From contig NW_008806283.1 of assembly GCF_000400465.1 (NCBI RefSeq), forward strand, positions 20,001 to 268,000: DNA of 248,000 nt, in the 5' to 3' direction. This document shows positions 37,265 to 49,872 of this stretch, piece after piece. The number at the start of each line of letters is the position of its first letter. The stretch's first letter is position 1. The position numbers and the translations under genes were made by a program. The stretch comes from Wallemia ichthyophaga EXF-994 (lineage: Eukaryota > Fungi > Basidiomycota). The notes beneath the pieces are model-generated. The model did no database searches, was not told where the DNA came from, and saw only the letters and a list, made by a program, of their open reading frames with translations.

Positions 37265-39256
37265 TTACGCCTTCAAGTTAAACCCAGCGAATAAATCCGA
37301 CAACTCATCTTCATCAGCTTGTGGCAGAGGAATATCTTTAGCTTTCTCGGCTACATCGGTCGGTGGTTTGGGTTGTGCTAGTTGTGATGATGGTGCTGCC
37401 TTTCGTCTCGCTGGGACAACTTTCGGCACTGGAGGTTTAGTGATGCGGGATGGTTTTGCAGCTTTTGTCTCGCCCGCTGGTGGGGGCTTGTTTGGCGGTG
37501 CATTCGGCCGCGACGAGACCACCTTCCTCTTTTGTAAAACCTTCGTAGGCGCACCTTTTTCATTCTTCTTCTCCTTTAGTGCGCCCACCGTTCCTTTGTC
37601 CTTCTTCGTGTCAGTTGACTTTGTGGGCGCTCTCCTTGCTTTCTGGCCCTTGTCCTCGACTTCCTCTTGAACCTTGTCCTTCTCTGTATCCTTCTCCTCG
37701 TCTTTACCACTACTGCCAATGTCCTTGCTTTTATTGTTCTTGCCTCCGTTGCTGTCATAATCCTCATCTTTATTAGCGCTGCTCTCACTCTGCTGTTTCT
37801 TGAGCGAGTTCCTCTCCTGGATATTGAGGATCTTGGCACGTACACCTGCGGCCATAGTTCTTCCAGTAGGCTTTTCCTGAGTCTCTTTACCATTAGACTG
37901 GAGTGGTTTCACCGCGAAGCGTGTATATCCAGCTGTTGAGGAGGTAGGTTGATCTGAAGCCTTCTGCTCCGTCTTCCTCAGTCCGATACCGGCAGCTGGG
38001 CGTCTAGGACCACTTGTGCTCGAGCCGACTGTGCTGCTACTACCACTACCACCGCCACCTGCACCACTGCTACTACCACTAAGCTTGGATATCGGCCTAC
38101 GTGCACCTGTGGTAGCTGTAGGAGTAGTGCTTCGCGGCCTCTCTGATGATTTTGACGACGAAGATGCAGGTTTGGTGGGCTGAGATACCACCCTGGATGG
38201 ACCACTGGTTGCAGTGGTCGGATGTCGCTGCTCTTGGGTGGATGAAGACAGCGACCGGGATGGTAGTGGAGGTACTTGGGGTGCAGGCTGCGAAGATTGG
38301 GCAGATTGTGCTGCTGATGTAGATTTTGAGAAGCGGACTGCACCAGTGTCACTGTTGGTATTGCTTGTACTTGCACTAGACTGCGTCGGTCGCAACGGGC
38401 CACCTGTACTGCTTGAAAGAGGCTCATTCTCATCATTGTCGGTGTCCAGGTGTTCTATTCTTTCGCGCTGTGGGCGTTGTGCTGGTGCAGGTGGCAAGGA
38501 AGGTTTTTTAGATTGATTAGCATTTCTTGGTGCGATCTGCAAGTATTTTCGTATAGTTGGAGTGAGTGGGTCAGTGAATTGATCCACTCTGTCAACGAAT
38601 TTGAGAGTGTACAGACCGTAAATACGCTTCGAAATAGCGCGTACATCGGCATTTGAGTCGGTGGCGCAAGCGCGCATAATAGTTTCGATATCAGTGATAC
38701 GAGATTTGAGAGATTGAGTGTCATAGCTCTCGATTGCAGTCAAGAGACCTTCAACTACAGCCAAACGCAAAGACTGAGCTTTGTCAGAGTAAGCATTTCT
38801 AAGGTGAGGGATGATTGAGGGTAGCCTAGTAGATGAAATGATAGTAATCAAGCATTTCTTAGCGCGTACTACGTATATCTTAGTACTCTTTGAAGTGAGT
38901 TTAAGTAGAGTTGGAATGAAAGTGGCACAGAAGGAATCAAAGAGTGAACCAAGCCGTGGTGCTATTATCGATAAGCAATCAACAGCCGCTGACATCACTC
39001 TTGATCTCTCACTGTTCAAAGCCCTAAGGAATCCCTCAGAGTGATTGCGTAGGATCTCCAAATAGATTGAATGCTTGTACCCGCCGCCGTTGGTAACAGC
39101 TGCTAACACTTTTAAAGAGTTCTCAATTTTATCCCAATTCTCCTCATTCTCGTGTAAGTTTAAGCTGGAAATTGCTGTAATCTTAGTTTCTAGTGCGGCT
39201 TCCGAATTCGTCTGCGAAAAAGAAATTAACAGATTTGAAGTAAGTGAAGAAAACAC
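37265..39256 (-). CDS. CLASP_N/Stu1-like microtubule-associated protein
   Basis: EENWDKIENSL, LNSERSRVMSAAV, DSNADVRAISK; low-complexity tail. Confidence 0.75.
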   Translation of the reverse strand: MFSSLTSNLLISFSQTNSEAALETKITAISSLNLHENEENWDKIENSLKVLAAVTNGGGYKHSIYLEILRNHSEGFLRALNSERSRVMSAAVDCLSIIAPRLGSLFDSFCATFIPTLLKLTSKSTKIYVVRAKKCLITIISSTRLPSIIPHLRNAYSDKAQSLRLAVVEGLLTAIESYDTQSLKSRITDIETIMRACATDSNADVRAISKRIYGLYTLKFVDRVDQFTDPLTPTIRKYLQIAPRNANQSKKPSLPPAPAQRPQRERIEHLDTDNDENEPLSSSTGGPLRPTQSSASTSNTNSDTGAVRFSKSTSAAQSAQSSQPAPQVPPLPSRSLSSSTQEQRHPTTATSGPSRVVSQPTKPASSSSKSSERPRSTTPTATTGARRPISKLSGSSSGAGGGGSGSSSTVGSSTSGPRRPAAGIGLRKTEQKASDQPTSSTAGYTRFAVKPLQSNGKETQEKPTGRTMAAGVRAKILNIQERNSLKKQQSESSANKDEDYDSNGGKNNKSKDIGSSGKDEEKDTEKDKVQEEVEDKGQKARRAPTKSTDTKKDKGTVGALKEKKNEKGAPTKVLQKRKVVSSRPNAPPNKPPPAGETKAAKPSRITKPPVPKVVPARRKAAPSSQLAQPKPPTDVAEKAKDIPLPQADEDELSDLFAGFNLKA

Positions 39257-39924
39257 AAACCTCTATCACATCAGGCACCTGCTTCATTCCCATAATCGGG
39301 GCGTTTGATTTATATCGCCGTCGTTGTACTCTTGATAGAAGCGCAACGCGTATTTACTCAATTTGGTAAATACAATTTGCTCATCGAGTAAAATAGTAGT
39401 AGTTGTCTCCTTGTATTACGCGTTAAATCACTTTCATTCTCATCGAAATATCCCCCTTATCTCTAACTTCCAGTCGAATTAGCTGAATAACGTAAAATAT
39501 TGGAATATAAGCTCAAATAACAACATTTTATCTAAATATAATTGCATCTCAATAATCCCTATCAAATGAGCTACTCGAACGTTTTATGCTTAGCTCCCGC
39601 GATCAATTCCGCTGCACCTCAACCTTTGGCAATAAAGTAGGCTGCTAAAATTTTGCAATACACACATATTCTGTTTTATAAGTGCTTCAAATGCATAATA
39701 TCGTCTGCAATGGTCATGACTTTATCTGAAAATTTTGCGAGCTGTAGTATAATGTCTCAATATCAATCAAGACCCAGTCATTACACGTCTCTGCCGTCTG
39801 CAAGTGTTCTTTTTATCGATGGTCCCTGGACCTTCCACGTCATATTGAGGCACTTAGAAAGGCATCCACGATATCAAGATTGATCGTACAATACAACTTC
39901 CACCCTTTTGCTTTGTCTAAATCA

Positions 39925-40375
39925 ATGAGTTTCGAAGTGTTAGATATTGCTGCCGCTGTACCTTTGGCTGTAAGTGCACAAACGTCCATTTGTACACCGT
40001 ATCATTGATGCACACTTGCGGGGCCAAGTTGAACCAACCAAGCGTAATGATTGTCTATTATTTGAACTCTAAGACAAAACAATTGATACTGATCCTGAAA
40101 ATTCAATTAACCTCTACACTAAGCGTGACGGTGGATCTCTTCAAGATCTGTCTGTAGCTGATCAAAATATACTTGAGACATTCGGTTCTCTGAACCGAGA
40201 TACTGCTGTCGGAAAGCTCCTCAACTATTTTGCTGCTAAATATACCAAGCGTGGAGATTGTCAACTGCTCGGTATTCAAAATAAAGCTATTCAACTCAAG
40301 ATTCAGAAGTTAATCGATATCTACACGAATGGTAATGAGAATCATCCAAGTATGGCAATCACGAGGATAATATAA
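39925..40375 (+). pseudogene. KR-repeat pre-pro-peptide pseudogene
   Basis: Three in-frame KR sites; premature TAA at 40070; degenerate signal peptide. Confidence 0.65.
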
Positions 40376-41297
40376 TTGTTGTTGGAGCTCACGTTAACGA
40401 CATTCTCAAAAAGCGCGAAGACACTGTTGCGGAAAGACAAGCTGGTCTCTGAATTTTTCTCAGGGCTACGGGAAGCGCCTAAGAGCTTTCAAATTTCTAC
40501 TTAATTGTTATTGTTATCTTCCCACCTTTCACGTTGTACACATTTGTTAATTGAGTGAGTTTTAAATGAAAGCGCAATTGCGTCATCTTCGTTACAATCT
40601 TAATGTCTCGCTTTTATGGGGATGGTGACAGTTGATCGAGCTAAATTACGGAAAAATAATTCTTAAATGTTTCGAGGAACAGACGATTAGCAATGTATGC
40701 AAGGAAACCCACACTTACCAAGTCATTGAACAAACATTACATTACAGGCTAACCAAAGTTGTCTCTTTAGTGGATGCTCAGGTATTCATTAATACGGTAG
40801 CTTACAGAGCAATCGAAGAGCTTCACCACTTATAGGAGACACACGAAGGCAAATTACTTCATCAGCCCCATATCATGACAAATATTCGCTGATAGCGGCG
40901 TGCTAAGCGACATTACTTACTCGCACACAATATTTCGCAAAAATTTGAAGCAAGTGAAATTCATATGAGACATAGCTGTTACCATATGGTACCCATCTGA
41001 GAACCAAGCGTACCTGAACCACAATTTCATGCCGAGCAATTGCAGTCTAAAATTGGAAACCTTCTGCAATATGTATTGTTTCGAAACATCTTTAAGACAC
41101 TGTTGTTTTGCTTACTGGGACTAAGACGGGGTTAGTTAAGCATACAGGGTCAAGTATCTTACGTAAATAACGTCACTATTACATTGAACGATTGAAAGCT
41201 TGGCCGGGTTGGATAACCCATACTCTAACTTTAAGACTCTCTATTTTTAAAATAGCCACCAATACAATCTTTTTACTAGAATAACAAGGTAAGTACA

Positions 41298-41685
41298 ATG
41301 AGATTGTCTTTACTTGTCGTCTCATCAGTCATCTGCGCTGCTGCTTCTGTAGTGCTGTTTGCTGTAAGTTGAATAATACTTTGTCACTGCTAAAGTGAAT
41401 GCAGAATTACCTTCCAAATGATATAGCTCCCACCAAGCGTGGTGACGAGCAGCTGATCAGCCTTCAAGATGAAGCTATCGATCCTGATATCAAGCTTTTG
41501 GTCAAAATTATCTTCAACGGAACTGATTCATCCTCAACCAGCAAGCGCGATGACAAGCAGTTGATAGGCCTACAAGATAAATCGTTTGATCTTGACATCA
41601 AGGGTTTATCAAAATTATCAAAAACGGAACTGAAGAATCATCTAAGCGTGAGGTTGCCGCTCCCAAAATTCAAGCTGGCCTTTGA
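41298..41685 (+). CDS. KR-repeat secreted pre-pro-peptide with a 1-bp deletion near 41608
   Basis: MRLSLLVVSSVICAAASVVLFA|intron|...KR-GDEQLISLQDEAIDPDIKLLVKIIFNGT...KR-DDKQLIGLQDK...; restored frame ends SSKR-EVAAPKIQAGL*. Confidence 0.7.
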
Positions 41686-42147
41686 GCTGGCGTCTTCTGA
41701 TTTGCCTTTTTAAGTGATGTTATCGCAGCTGCGGCATGTAGCTAAGCGTTTTCTTTTGTATATAACACGTACTCTAAACTTTTTATTACAAATTAGTGTG
41801 TTAATTAGTGCCGCATTGTAATGTCTAAAAATAAAGCTGACTTGTCAATTGGCTGTGATGAGCCAAATTACTTTAAACTAGCTCTTCATAGCACTTCAAT
41901 GACTAAAAACTTGAGCAGAGCAATTTTGCTATAAGTCCGTAGCGAATAGGTTTGTGAAGAGCTAGAACGTGTTCATATCCTTGCTGGAGTTGTGTAGCGC
42001 TCTGCAATAATAAAACTAGTTTTAGTATGTTTCAGGGAGAGAAATTGGAATATGAAAATAACCGTTCTTACTAACTTGGCCTCTACGACTCTAATGCAAA
42101 TTGATTACCCTTACACCCCCATGATCTAAATTTCAAAAGGCTGTGAT

Positions 42148-42720
42148 CGCAAGCCAGACCCCGATTTCAGTGTTCTGCTGATCCATACTTTTCTATGCTT
42201 TTATGTATACGACCAAGTATGATGTGAGTCGAAGCGACAGTAGTTCTTCCTGGTACCAGGATTATAGCGATGAACGCCATGTTTCGTAAAACGTATACGC
42301 GTTCATAAAGCGGAATATTTGAAATATTGAGTGCTTGCGGTTTATATCAATCGAAATGCTGTATTCTCATCGATGTCATCGATGAAACGAGGAGGATATT
42401 CCATATACATCATATAGCGTGCTCTAGAGTGATTTTGGATCATTGCTTCCTTCAGAGCGCAGGACGCCATTTCGAGCGCCGGGCATATAAATCTGGCAAC
42501 GTCATATTTCTTACTATCACAGCTACCAATTTTATTTGGAGATCATCAAAAGTCATAATCAGCATTTGAGATGAGACAGGTGGTAGTGGAAAAACTCAAT
42601 TTGGTGGATATTGAGCGAAGTGCTGATAAGAATATGTTTGGAATGCTGAATTTATCATGAAATTGATTGTCTTGCTATATTGTTCAAATTGTCAATATAT
42701 GCCATTCTTGCGTTCGTCTT
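42148..42720 (-). repeat. Copy of dispersed decayed-gene family
   Basis: Shares CCCCGATTTCA and GAGATCATCAAAA...GGTGGTAG...GGATATTGAGCG blocks with the 98, 138, 187 and 206 kb copies. Confidence 0.6.
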
Positions 42721-43524
42721 CTCACTTACTTGGTCATTTGCAGAGTACCTTGAGCAGCTTTAGCTCGTTAGAATATGTATTACTGTACCAAACTTTTTCA
42801 GTGCTCAAATTTTTGTCAAAGTGCCCTTTCATCACATAAGCACATCCTAAAGTCGTTGGAGATCCAAGACGAGTCAAGATTGAGCGTTTCTGAGATGTGA
42901 GGAAGGAGTTGAATTGTGTAATATTCAAAAGCACTCATAAATCCACTAAATTTGTTTATTGATGATCTCGAGATGCGTGGTTATATTGTGCAATGTTTGT
43001 AGCATCTTTGAGAGCATGAGCGCTCTTATGTAGCTGGAACGTAATAATTTTTATAATCAAGGCTTTCAATTCATTCGATTAACCCTCCCAAGTGGTCAAT
43101 TTGCACCCATTCGGCTGTTTGAGGACAGCTTCGAGGGTGTTTGGCGAATCATGCAGCTGTATCATTAAAGCAATTCTACAGTGTTTCAATGCGCCCATGT
43201 TTACATTAATGTTTAGATTCAAACATCGACTCTAGCGCGTCATCAGCTGCGCGTGGATGGCCAGCAACGTTCGGCCCACTCGGAACATCAAGGCTGTGCT
43301 CAAACCGGCCAGATAAATTCGCAGAAGTCTCTTTCATTTCAAAAAGAGCTACTTCTGTTGTCTGCAAGGTCTGCAAGCAATAAAGAAATCATTACTTGTA
43401 GAAAATCCCTTGTCACGCGTTCAGGGACACACTCTAGATGGATCCATTTTTTTCGCTTTTCTTCGCTGAGCTTGCGTAAAATTTCTTTCAGCACAACATT
43501 CAAAGGTTCCACTCTTTCGTAGCA

Positions 43525-43793
43525 ATGAAATTCATGATCTTCGCCTCTGTAGCCGCTATTCTTGGCTCAACCATCGCTACACCAGTTACAGTAAGTGTCT
43601 GGCATTTTCAAAGCATGTGACTAACGCAAAGCTATAGCGCGATGGGCAAGCTGTCCCAGACCTTCTCGCTGCACTCGGGCTCACTCAAGACCAGAAGGCT
43701 GCAGTACCAGGGTTACTCAAAAATCTTGGCCTTGCACCAACTGAAAATGTTGAAGCTGCATTTACTGTACCTGAGGCTCCAGCTGGATTCTAA
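43525..43793 (+). CDS. Small secreted pre-pro-peptide, KEP-like copy B
   Basis: MKFMIFASVAAILGSTIATPVT|intron 43591-43637|RDGQAVPDLLAALGLTQDQKAAVPGLLKNLGLAPTENVEAAFTVPEAPAGF*. Confidence 0.8.
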
Positions 43794-44571
43794 ACAGCCA
43801 AATGATATCTGTAACGTCAGTAACATCGACTCAGCACAAGTGTTGGACACACTTGCGCTGCTTGTACGATTTTTCTCATTTGTCACACTCATGATACATA
43901 TCTTAAATTTGCAATACTATTGCAAGTTTTCAACGAAAATGACTCCGTAGCATTTTATCTTTACTATTGCCTTGCCAATCCCAATCACTTTTATGTAGAT
44001 GGTAATTTTGCGTTAGCAACCAGTACACCTTTCTAATGAAGCTGCATTTTAATGCTCTTTTATCTTTAGGTACTTCGCGTGAATTAGCTGTATTCTGTGT
44101 GTATCTATTTCGTGTTTGCGCTAACATCTGGTAGAAACGCGCTTGTGTTTGGCGTTTTGTATCGACACAAAGAAAAAGAGTGGTCAGCTTCTATTGAAAT
44201 GATAGCACTTGAACTGCACAATACACAAAAATATTTCAAATCGGAGTCCTTGTGGAAATACCGTTGAGCTCAGTCTTATCGCATTCTTGATCGTATGCCT
44301 GTAGATCCTCGATCGCCTTCACGTCATAGCTTTTTATGATTAGTGCGAGTGATACGCGAGATCGCTTATTCGCACGGCGAGGGTGATCATTTTTATATCT
44401 GTGACGATGCCATCTAAAACTTTGCTGTCTTAAGGAAGATATTTTTGATCTATGCAGCCAATTTAGGATTAATTGTACTGAATATTTTCACGTTAAGGAA
44501 CAGCACATTAGACATCATCGCGAAATTAAGACATCTTAAAACAATTATCAGGTCTATACACTCTTTTAGCA

Positions 44572-44890
44572 ATGAAAATTGGAATTGTCGCCGCTATTGC
44601 CACCATTGTTAGCATGACAGTTGCTGCGCCAGTGACTGTTAGTACACAGTAATTCGTCAGGTCATATCTAACCATAAGTCAGACTGAAGATGGATATTTT
44701 GGATGATACCGGAATCCTTGTAGGAAATATTTCCGGGACTATTGTCGGGAGTTCTTCTGGAGGTCCTTTCGGGGGTCCTTTCAGGGGTGATGAAGGGGCT
44801 TCCGTGAGGAGTGTTGTCGGGATTGTTGGGGACGATGTCTGGGATGTACTATCAGACACTGCAGATTTAATAGAAGTGATCAGTGGATGA
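44572..44890 (+). pseudogene. Small secreted peptide gene, frame unresolved after the intron
   Basis: MKIGIVAAIATIVSMTVAAPVT|GTTAGT intron; downstream acidic/Gly-rich ORF 44690..44890. Confidence 0.5.
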
Positions 44891-45023
44891 AATCCTGATC
44901 TTTAAACTTGGCACATTGTTCAAACGTATCTGAAAGGAAAAAGGTATTCGATTGAGCAAGTCTATTATTACAATACAAGTCAAATTATATATGGTAACTA
45001 AATTAAGATCGATTAATCATGTG

Positions 45024-48000
45024 CTAGATAGTGATCGCTTCGAATGCCTCGAGGATCCCATCATTGCCTCCAAACTGTTTGAGAAGTTCGTGTGTGATAC
45101 TTTCGGTATCAACGCCATCACCATCCACTACCTCTGTCTTAACTTTAGCCTTCTTGAGTGCGCGATCGAAATCGACGAGCATATCACTGCCCACAACGAT
45201 CTCAAAGTTCAATTTGCGCATTTGTGATCTGAATACGATAGCCAATGTGACGACGAGATCTCCTTCTATCGACACATTAAAGCTGAGTTTGTATACCTGG
45301 GCGAGACGCTTGAACTGAGCGTGCACATTCTTCACGTTCATCCATATGGTCGATATGCGCTGCAAGGTATAGCTGAGCTGAGTGTCCTGTGATATGCCCT
45401 CCTCTGTCAACTGACCACGGAGACAGTCGAGGAGGTATTCCAGCAGAGGGCGCAGCTCGCCTTTCTTTGGGGGAAGCAAGTCCATTTCCACCCCCTGCTG
45501 TGAGATGCTCAGCGCCAACTCATTCGCGTAGTTGAACTTATGCGTCGATTGCGACAGGTGCACAATTTGCCAGCTGTGCAGAATCTGCAGCGATTCATAT
45601 TCGCCTGTGTCGACATGTCAGCAGTGCTACTCTCGCACAAATACCACACTCACGTTTCCGCTTCATGGCTTCCGCTTTCGTAAGGCAGCGCACCATATCC
45701 CACTCTTTTCGATTACTGTCAATGGTGTGTGTGTTTTGAGCCAGAGTCTCTTGCTTCGCCTCGAGGCGTGCTCTGAGACGCGCAAGCTCCTCGTTGTTGG
45801 ATGCTATTTCGGCTTTGTACAGCTCCAGTGGCTGCGCCTGCTCCGCTATAGCCTCGCGCAGACCCTCGACTTCCTCCTTGTCGCAGCTGGCGATATCGCG
45901 CACAATGTCTCTTTCTCTGCGCAGCTCCGTCTCCAGTTTGTCCTTGAGGGCGTGTAGCTGCGGGAGATTCTCACCAAGTGCGCCTCTAGTCTCCTGTAGT
46001 ACCCTGGCATCCTTCTCGAGACCATTGAAGGACTCGTTGAGAGACTCCGCATGACCGCTCACTAGCTCCTTCCTCCAGCCGTACCACACTCGCTTAGCGT
46101 TCAGGCGCGAGTTATTTTTCACGATCTTGAGCTGCGCTTCAATACGCACGCGCATATCCTCACTAGCTAGCAGATAATCAACTATCACTGGCGGATTCTC
46201 GTTATCTACTTCACGTTCGTAGCTGTTGAGTGCCTCTATCCCCTCGCTGATGTAGCGCTTCAGCTCGTGGCAGCACCAATACATCATCTCCAATTTGGGG
46301 CCGGTGACCGCATGTGCGCGCAGATATTCGAGCGAGGATGGCTCGTGCATCGGTGCATTTTCCCCACTTAGACCACCCGGACCCACTGTGGAGCGACGCT
46401 TGATGGTTGAAATCCCATCGAGGAATTTCATGTCGGTGAGTTCGAGGAAATCGTTGAGACTGATTTGCACCGGTGCTTCGACGCTGCTTTCGCCATTGTC
46501 CTCCTGTTCTTCCTCTTGCATTAAACCTTCTATCATCCGCTCTGTTTCGGGGCCTGCTGCAAATTCGTTGCGGATTGGTGGAGCCGGCAGTGGTGAGGGT
46601 GCAGCTTCCGGTTGTGGTGAGGGCTCATGTGTATTCGCAAAGGCCTCCTTCTGTGGCGTCGTCACACTCGACGCTAGCCTTAGTGATTGACGTTTAGGAG
46701 TGCTCATCGGCGAGCCTGGGTTTGAGGCACTGATCGATCTGCGCAGTTTAGATGGTGTCATTTGCTGTGCATGTAGCGAGCGTCTGCGAGTTGGTGTGCC
46801 GCTTTGCTCTTGTTCTGGCGCCGTCTTATCCATGTCCATCGCATCACTTTCGGTTGTAGTATTGCGTCCTTGCTGCGTCACGTTAGTATTCTCCTTCACT
46901 AGTATACAAAACCCACCTCAGCTTCTCTCCTCCTTTGCTCCTCCTTCACGCGCTCCTCTTCAGCTTCGCGCTCGTACTCCCTCTCCCTGTCATTCTTACT
47001 CTGCTCCTCCTGCTCCTTTTCAGTTGCGAGTGTGTCAGGTGTAGCTTCGAGCGCTTGTGTGGAGAGTGCTAGTGAAGATCTTCGTCTTGGTTTGTGTGTG
47101 AGTTTTTCTTTCTCGCCACCTTTCTCAGCTGCAACATCGAGTTTAAGTGGGGAAGGACGAAGTGGCGAGGCGAGCTGAAGACGCTGTACGAGTGGGGACA
47201 TGAGCTTTTCCGTGTTAATTTGGTGTTCCTGTTGCTGTTTATGCTCATAATTTCGTTCCCACTCCAGATCATTGTCTTGCTCTTTCTTCTCTTCTTCGCC
47301 ATCATCCTGTCTCACCTCACCAGCAAAAGACGCTCTCTTCTTGTTAGGACTTTTAGCTGCGTTCTTGAGGGCACTTCTTAGCGGCGAGCTCGTCCCAGCG
47401 CCACCCAAGGCACCTCCGAGACTATGTCTGACGCTTTTCGTTTCTTTTTTCATGAGACTCGATTGAGTGGGCGCTGCGAAGCTGCTGCGTTTCCCTCCTT
47501 TACTTTCAGCATCTGGTGATGAGATGGAGATGGAGGCCTTTTTAGGCGAAGGAGCAGGAGCAGGAGCAGGAGTGAATGATGTGCTACTTTTGAGGGCGCT
47601 CTTGAGTGATGGTCGTGGACCGGCGCCTGCCTTGAGGGGTGACGCTTTAACAGATGGTGCGAAACTGACACGACTGACACGCGGTCCGAGACTTTTCCGC
47701 AGACGACGCGTCTCGTCGTTAACTAGGATACCCTTACCGATTGGCTTGGTTATTTCCATAGTCATCGTCGCGTCTGCGTTGTCGTCAGAGTCACTTGAGT
47801 CACTCGAGTCACTCTCTTCTGGAATGGTGGGGACGTTCATAGGTCCACCGACAGCCTGAGTCATCTCCATTGTCATCGACTCATTCTGCGCAGGGTTGCT
47901 AATTAAGGACATGTCGGCAGTTGATTTTCCGTCATTTGCTGACTCTTGATCGTGCTCTTCCGCTGCCTCGTCACTGCTATCGTTCGTTGCCCCCTTCTCG

Positions 48001-49768
48001 GCTTCCATCAAACCACCGACGGCGCCAGTCATCTCCATGGCCATTGACTCGTTTTCTTGATCATCCTCACTAATACCACTGTCGCTCTCGTTGATATGGT
48101 TCTTTGTCTCATTGACACTCTTCTCGGCCTCCATCAAGCCACCGACGGCGCCGGTCATCTCCATGGCCATAGATTCGTTGTTATGGGTAGTATTACTAGC
48201 TAGTGACATATCAGCAACTGAGTTATTGTCGTGATGGTGGTTATTAGCTTTTTCTCCGTTTTCCTCATGGTCATCTTCCTCTCTCCTCTCTCCACCCAAC
48301 ATACCTCCAACAGCCTGGGTCATTTCCATCGTCATAGACCCGTCGGCTATCTTATGTGCGGTGGAGTCATTGCGATCAATGTGGGTTATAGCAGCTTTGG
48401 TGAGATCCATGTCGTCGTTGCTGTTACTCTTACTGGTATTGCTATCGCTATCATTATCGCTATCACTGCCGTTACCTAAGTGGTGCTGCATTGGTGCAGG
48501 TTCTGGAGGTGGGGGTTGCATTAGCATGTGCTGGTCAGCCTCTTCATCATCACTGCTACTGCTACTGCTGTTATCAACACGTCCGCTGACACTCCTACTA
48601 CCCTCTGGCGAGCCCGAGTTCTGCTTAATGACGCTGCTGCGTCGATCTAGGCTCGATCTTCGTCTGCCTGTTTCGAAGTGAGGTAATTTGGGCACACCGG
48701 CTTGGGACATGGACACGGTGAAGTCCATAGTGGTGTCTGCTTCATCTTCACTGGAGGAGGAGGAGGAGTTCTTCTCGTTATCCTCGTTGTTGTCCACATT
48801 GGTGTTGCCGTCGTTGTCGTTCTTCTCGGATGCTGTGGGTGAGAGAGTGAATTGTGGGAGTTGCATGGGTGGTTGGGGTGGTAATGCAACAGGTTCTGCT
48901 GCTGTGAGTGGAATTGGAGATGATTTATTGCTCTGTGATGATAATCTGGGTGATTTACGCGTAGGCGAATGGGATATAACCTTTTTTGGTAAATTTTGGG
49001 GTGATTTCGGAGACTTGGGTGACTTCTTGGGTGACTTCTTGGGTGACTTCTTGGGTGAGTTTTTTGGCGACTTGTTGTCATCACTCTTACTAAACACGTG
49101 ACCAACAGCCTCAGTAAGATCCATTTGCATAGTATTGTCCTCTGCGTCGTTCGCGTCTTGTGTTGGACCATCATCAGACTCAGTATCAGAGCCATCAAGC
49201 GGTCTTTTTCTCTCAAAAGCTTTCTTAAACGCGTGAGTGACGTCTTGAGTAGCTATGGACATGTCAGAGGTGTCTGAATCTTGGTTTTCTTGTGGGTGAT
49301 GATCCTGTGGATGATGTTGGGATTTTTTAGGGGATGGAGACCTGCGTGGGCTAGAAGAGGCCTGTTTATTGCCCTCTTCATCTTCAAACAAACGTATGAA
49401 GCAATGGCTTGCGAATGAGACTCTGCGACTCGCTTCAGATTTCCTAGGTGCTGCGTGCTTGACAGGATTCTGCGGGAGTTCCTCCTCCTCGTCTGAATCT
49501 GGTGGTGGCTGTGGTTTGAGAATTGAGCGGCGTGGTTTCTAGCGTGTGTGAGTGGTGGTGGTAGATATCAAAGCAAACCACGCACAGCCTTCCTCCTTGC
49601 TAATTTCGTGGGTGTAAGTTCAGCGTCTGAATCTGATTCTTGGTGGTCATCTCCGCTGCCATCTCCGTGGTTACCACCGCTACCACCCAGACTCTTGGAA
49701 CGCAGCTTCCTATTCTCCTTATTTTCCTTGTTGTTTAGATACGTCGTCGACTTTCTACGCGAGTCCAT
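45024..49768 (-). CDS. SPC105: Kinetochore protein Spc105/Spc7/KNL1, multi-exon
   Basis: RRSILKP and RRVSFAS motifs (about 49410-49530), MELT-like M(E/D)xT repeats, Spc7 domain and RWD-like end. Confidence 0.85.
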
Positions 49769-49872
49769 CTCTCTTCGCCTTCACGCGTCGCGTAACGTCG
49801 TCGTTATCGCACAAGGAAAACCGAAATGGAAATTAAAGTAAAAATAATAAAAATAAATACAATTTACTAAAA

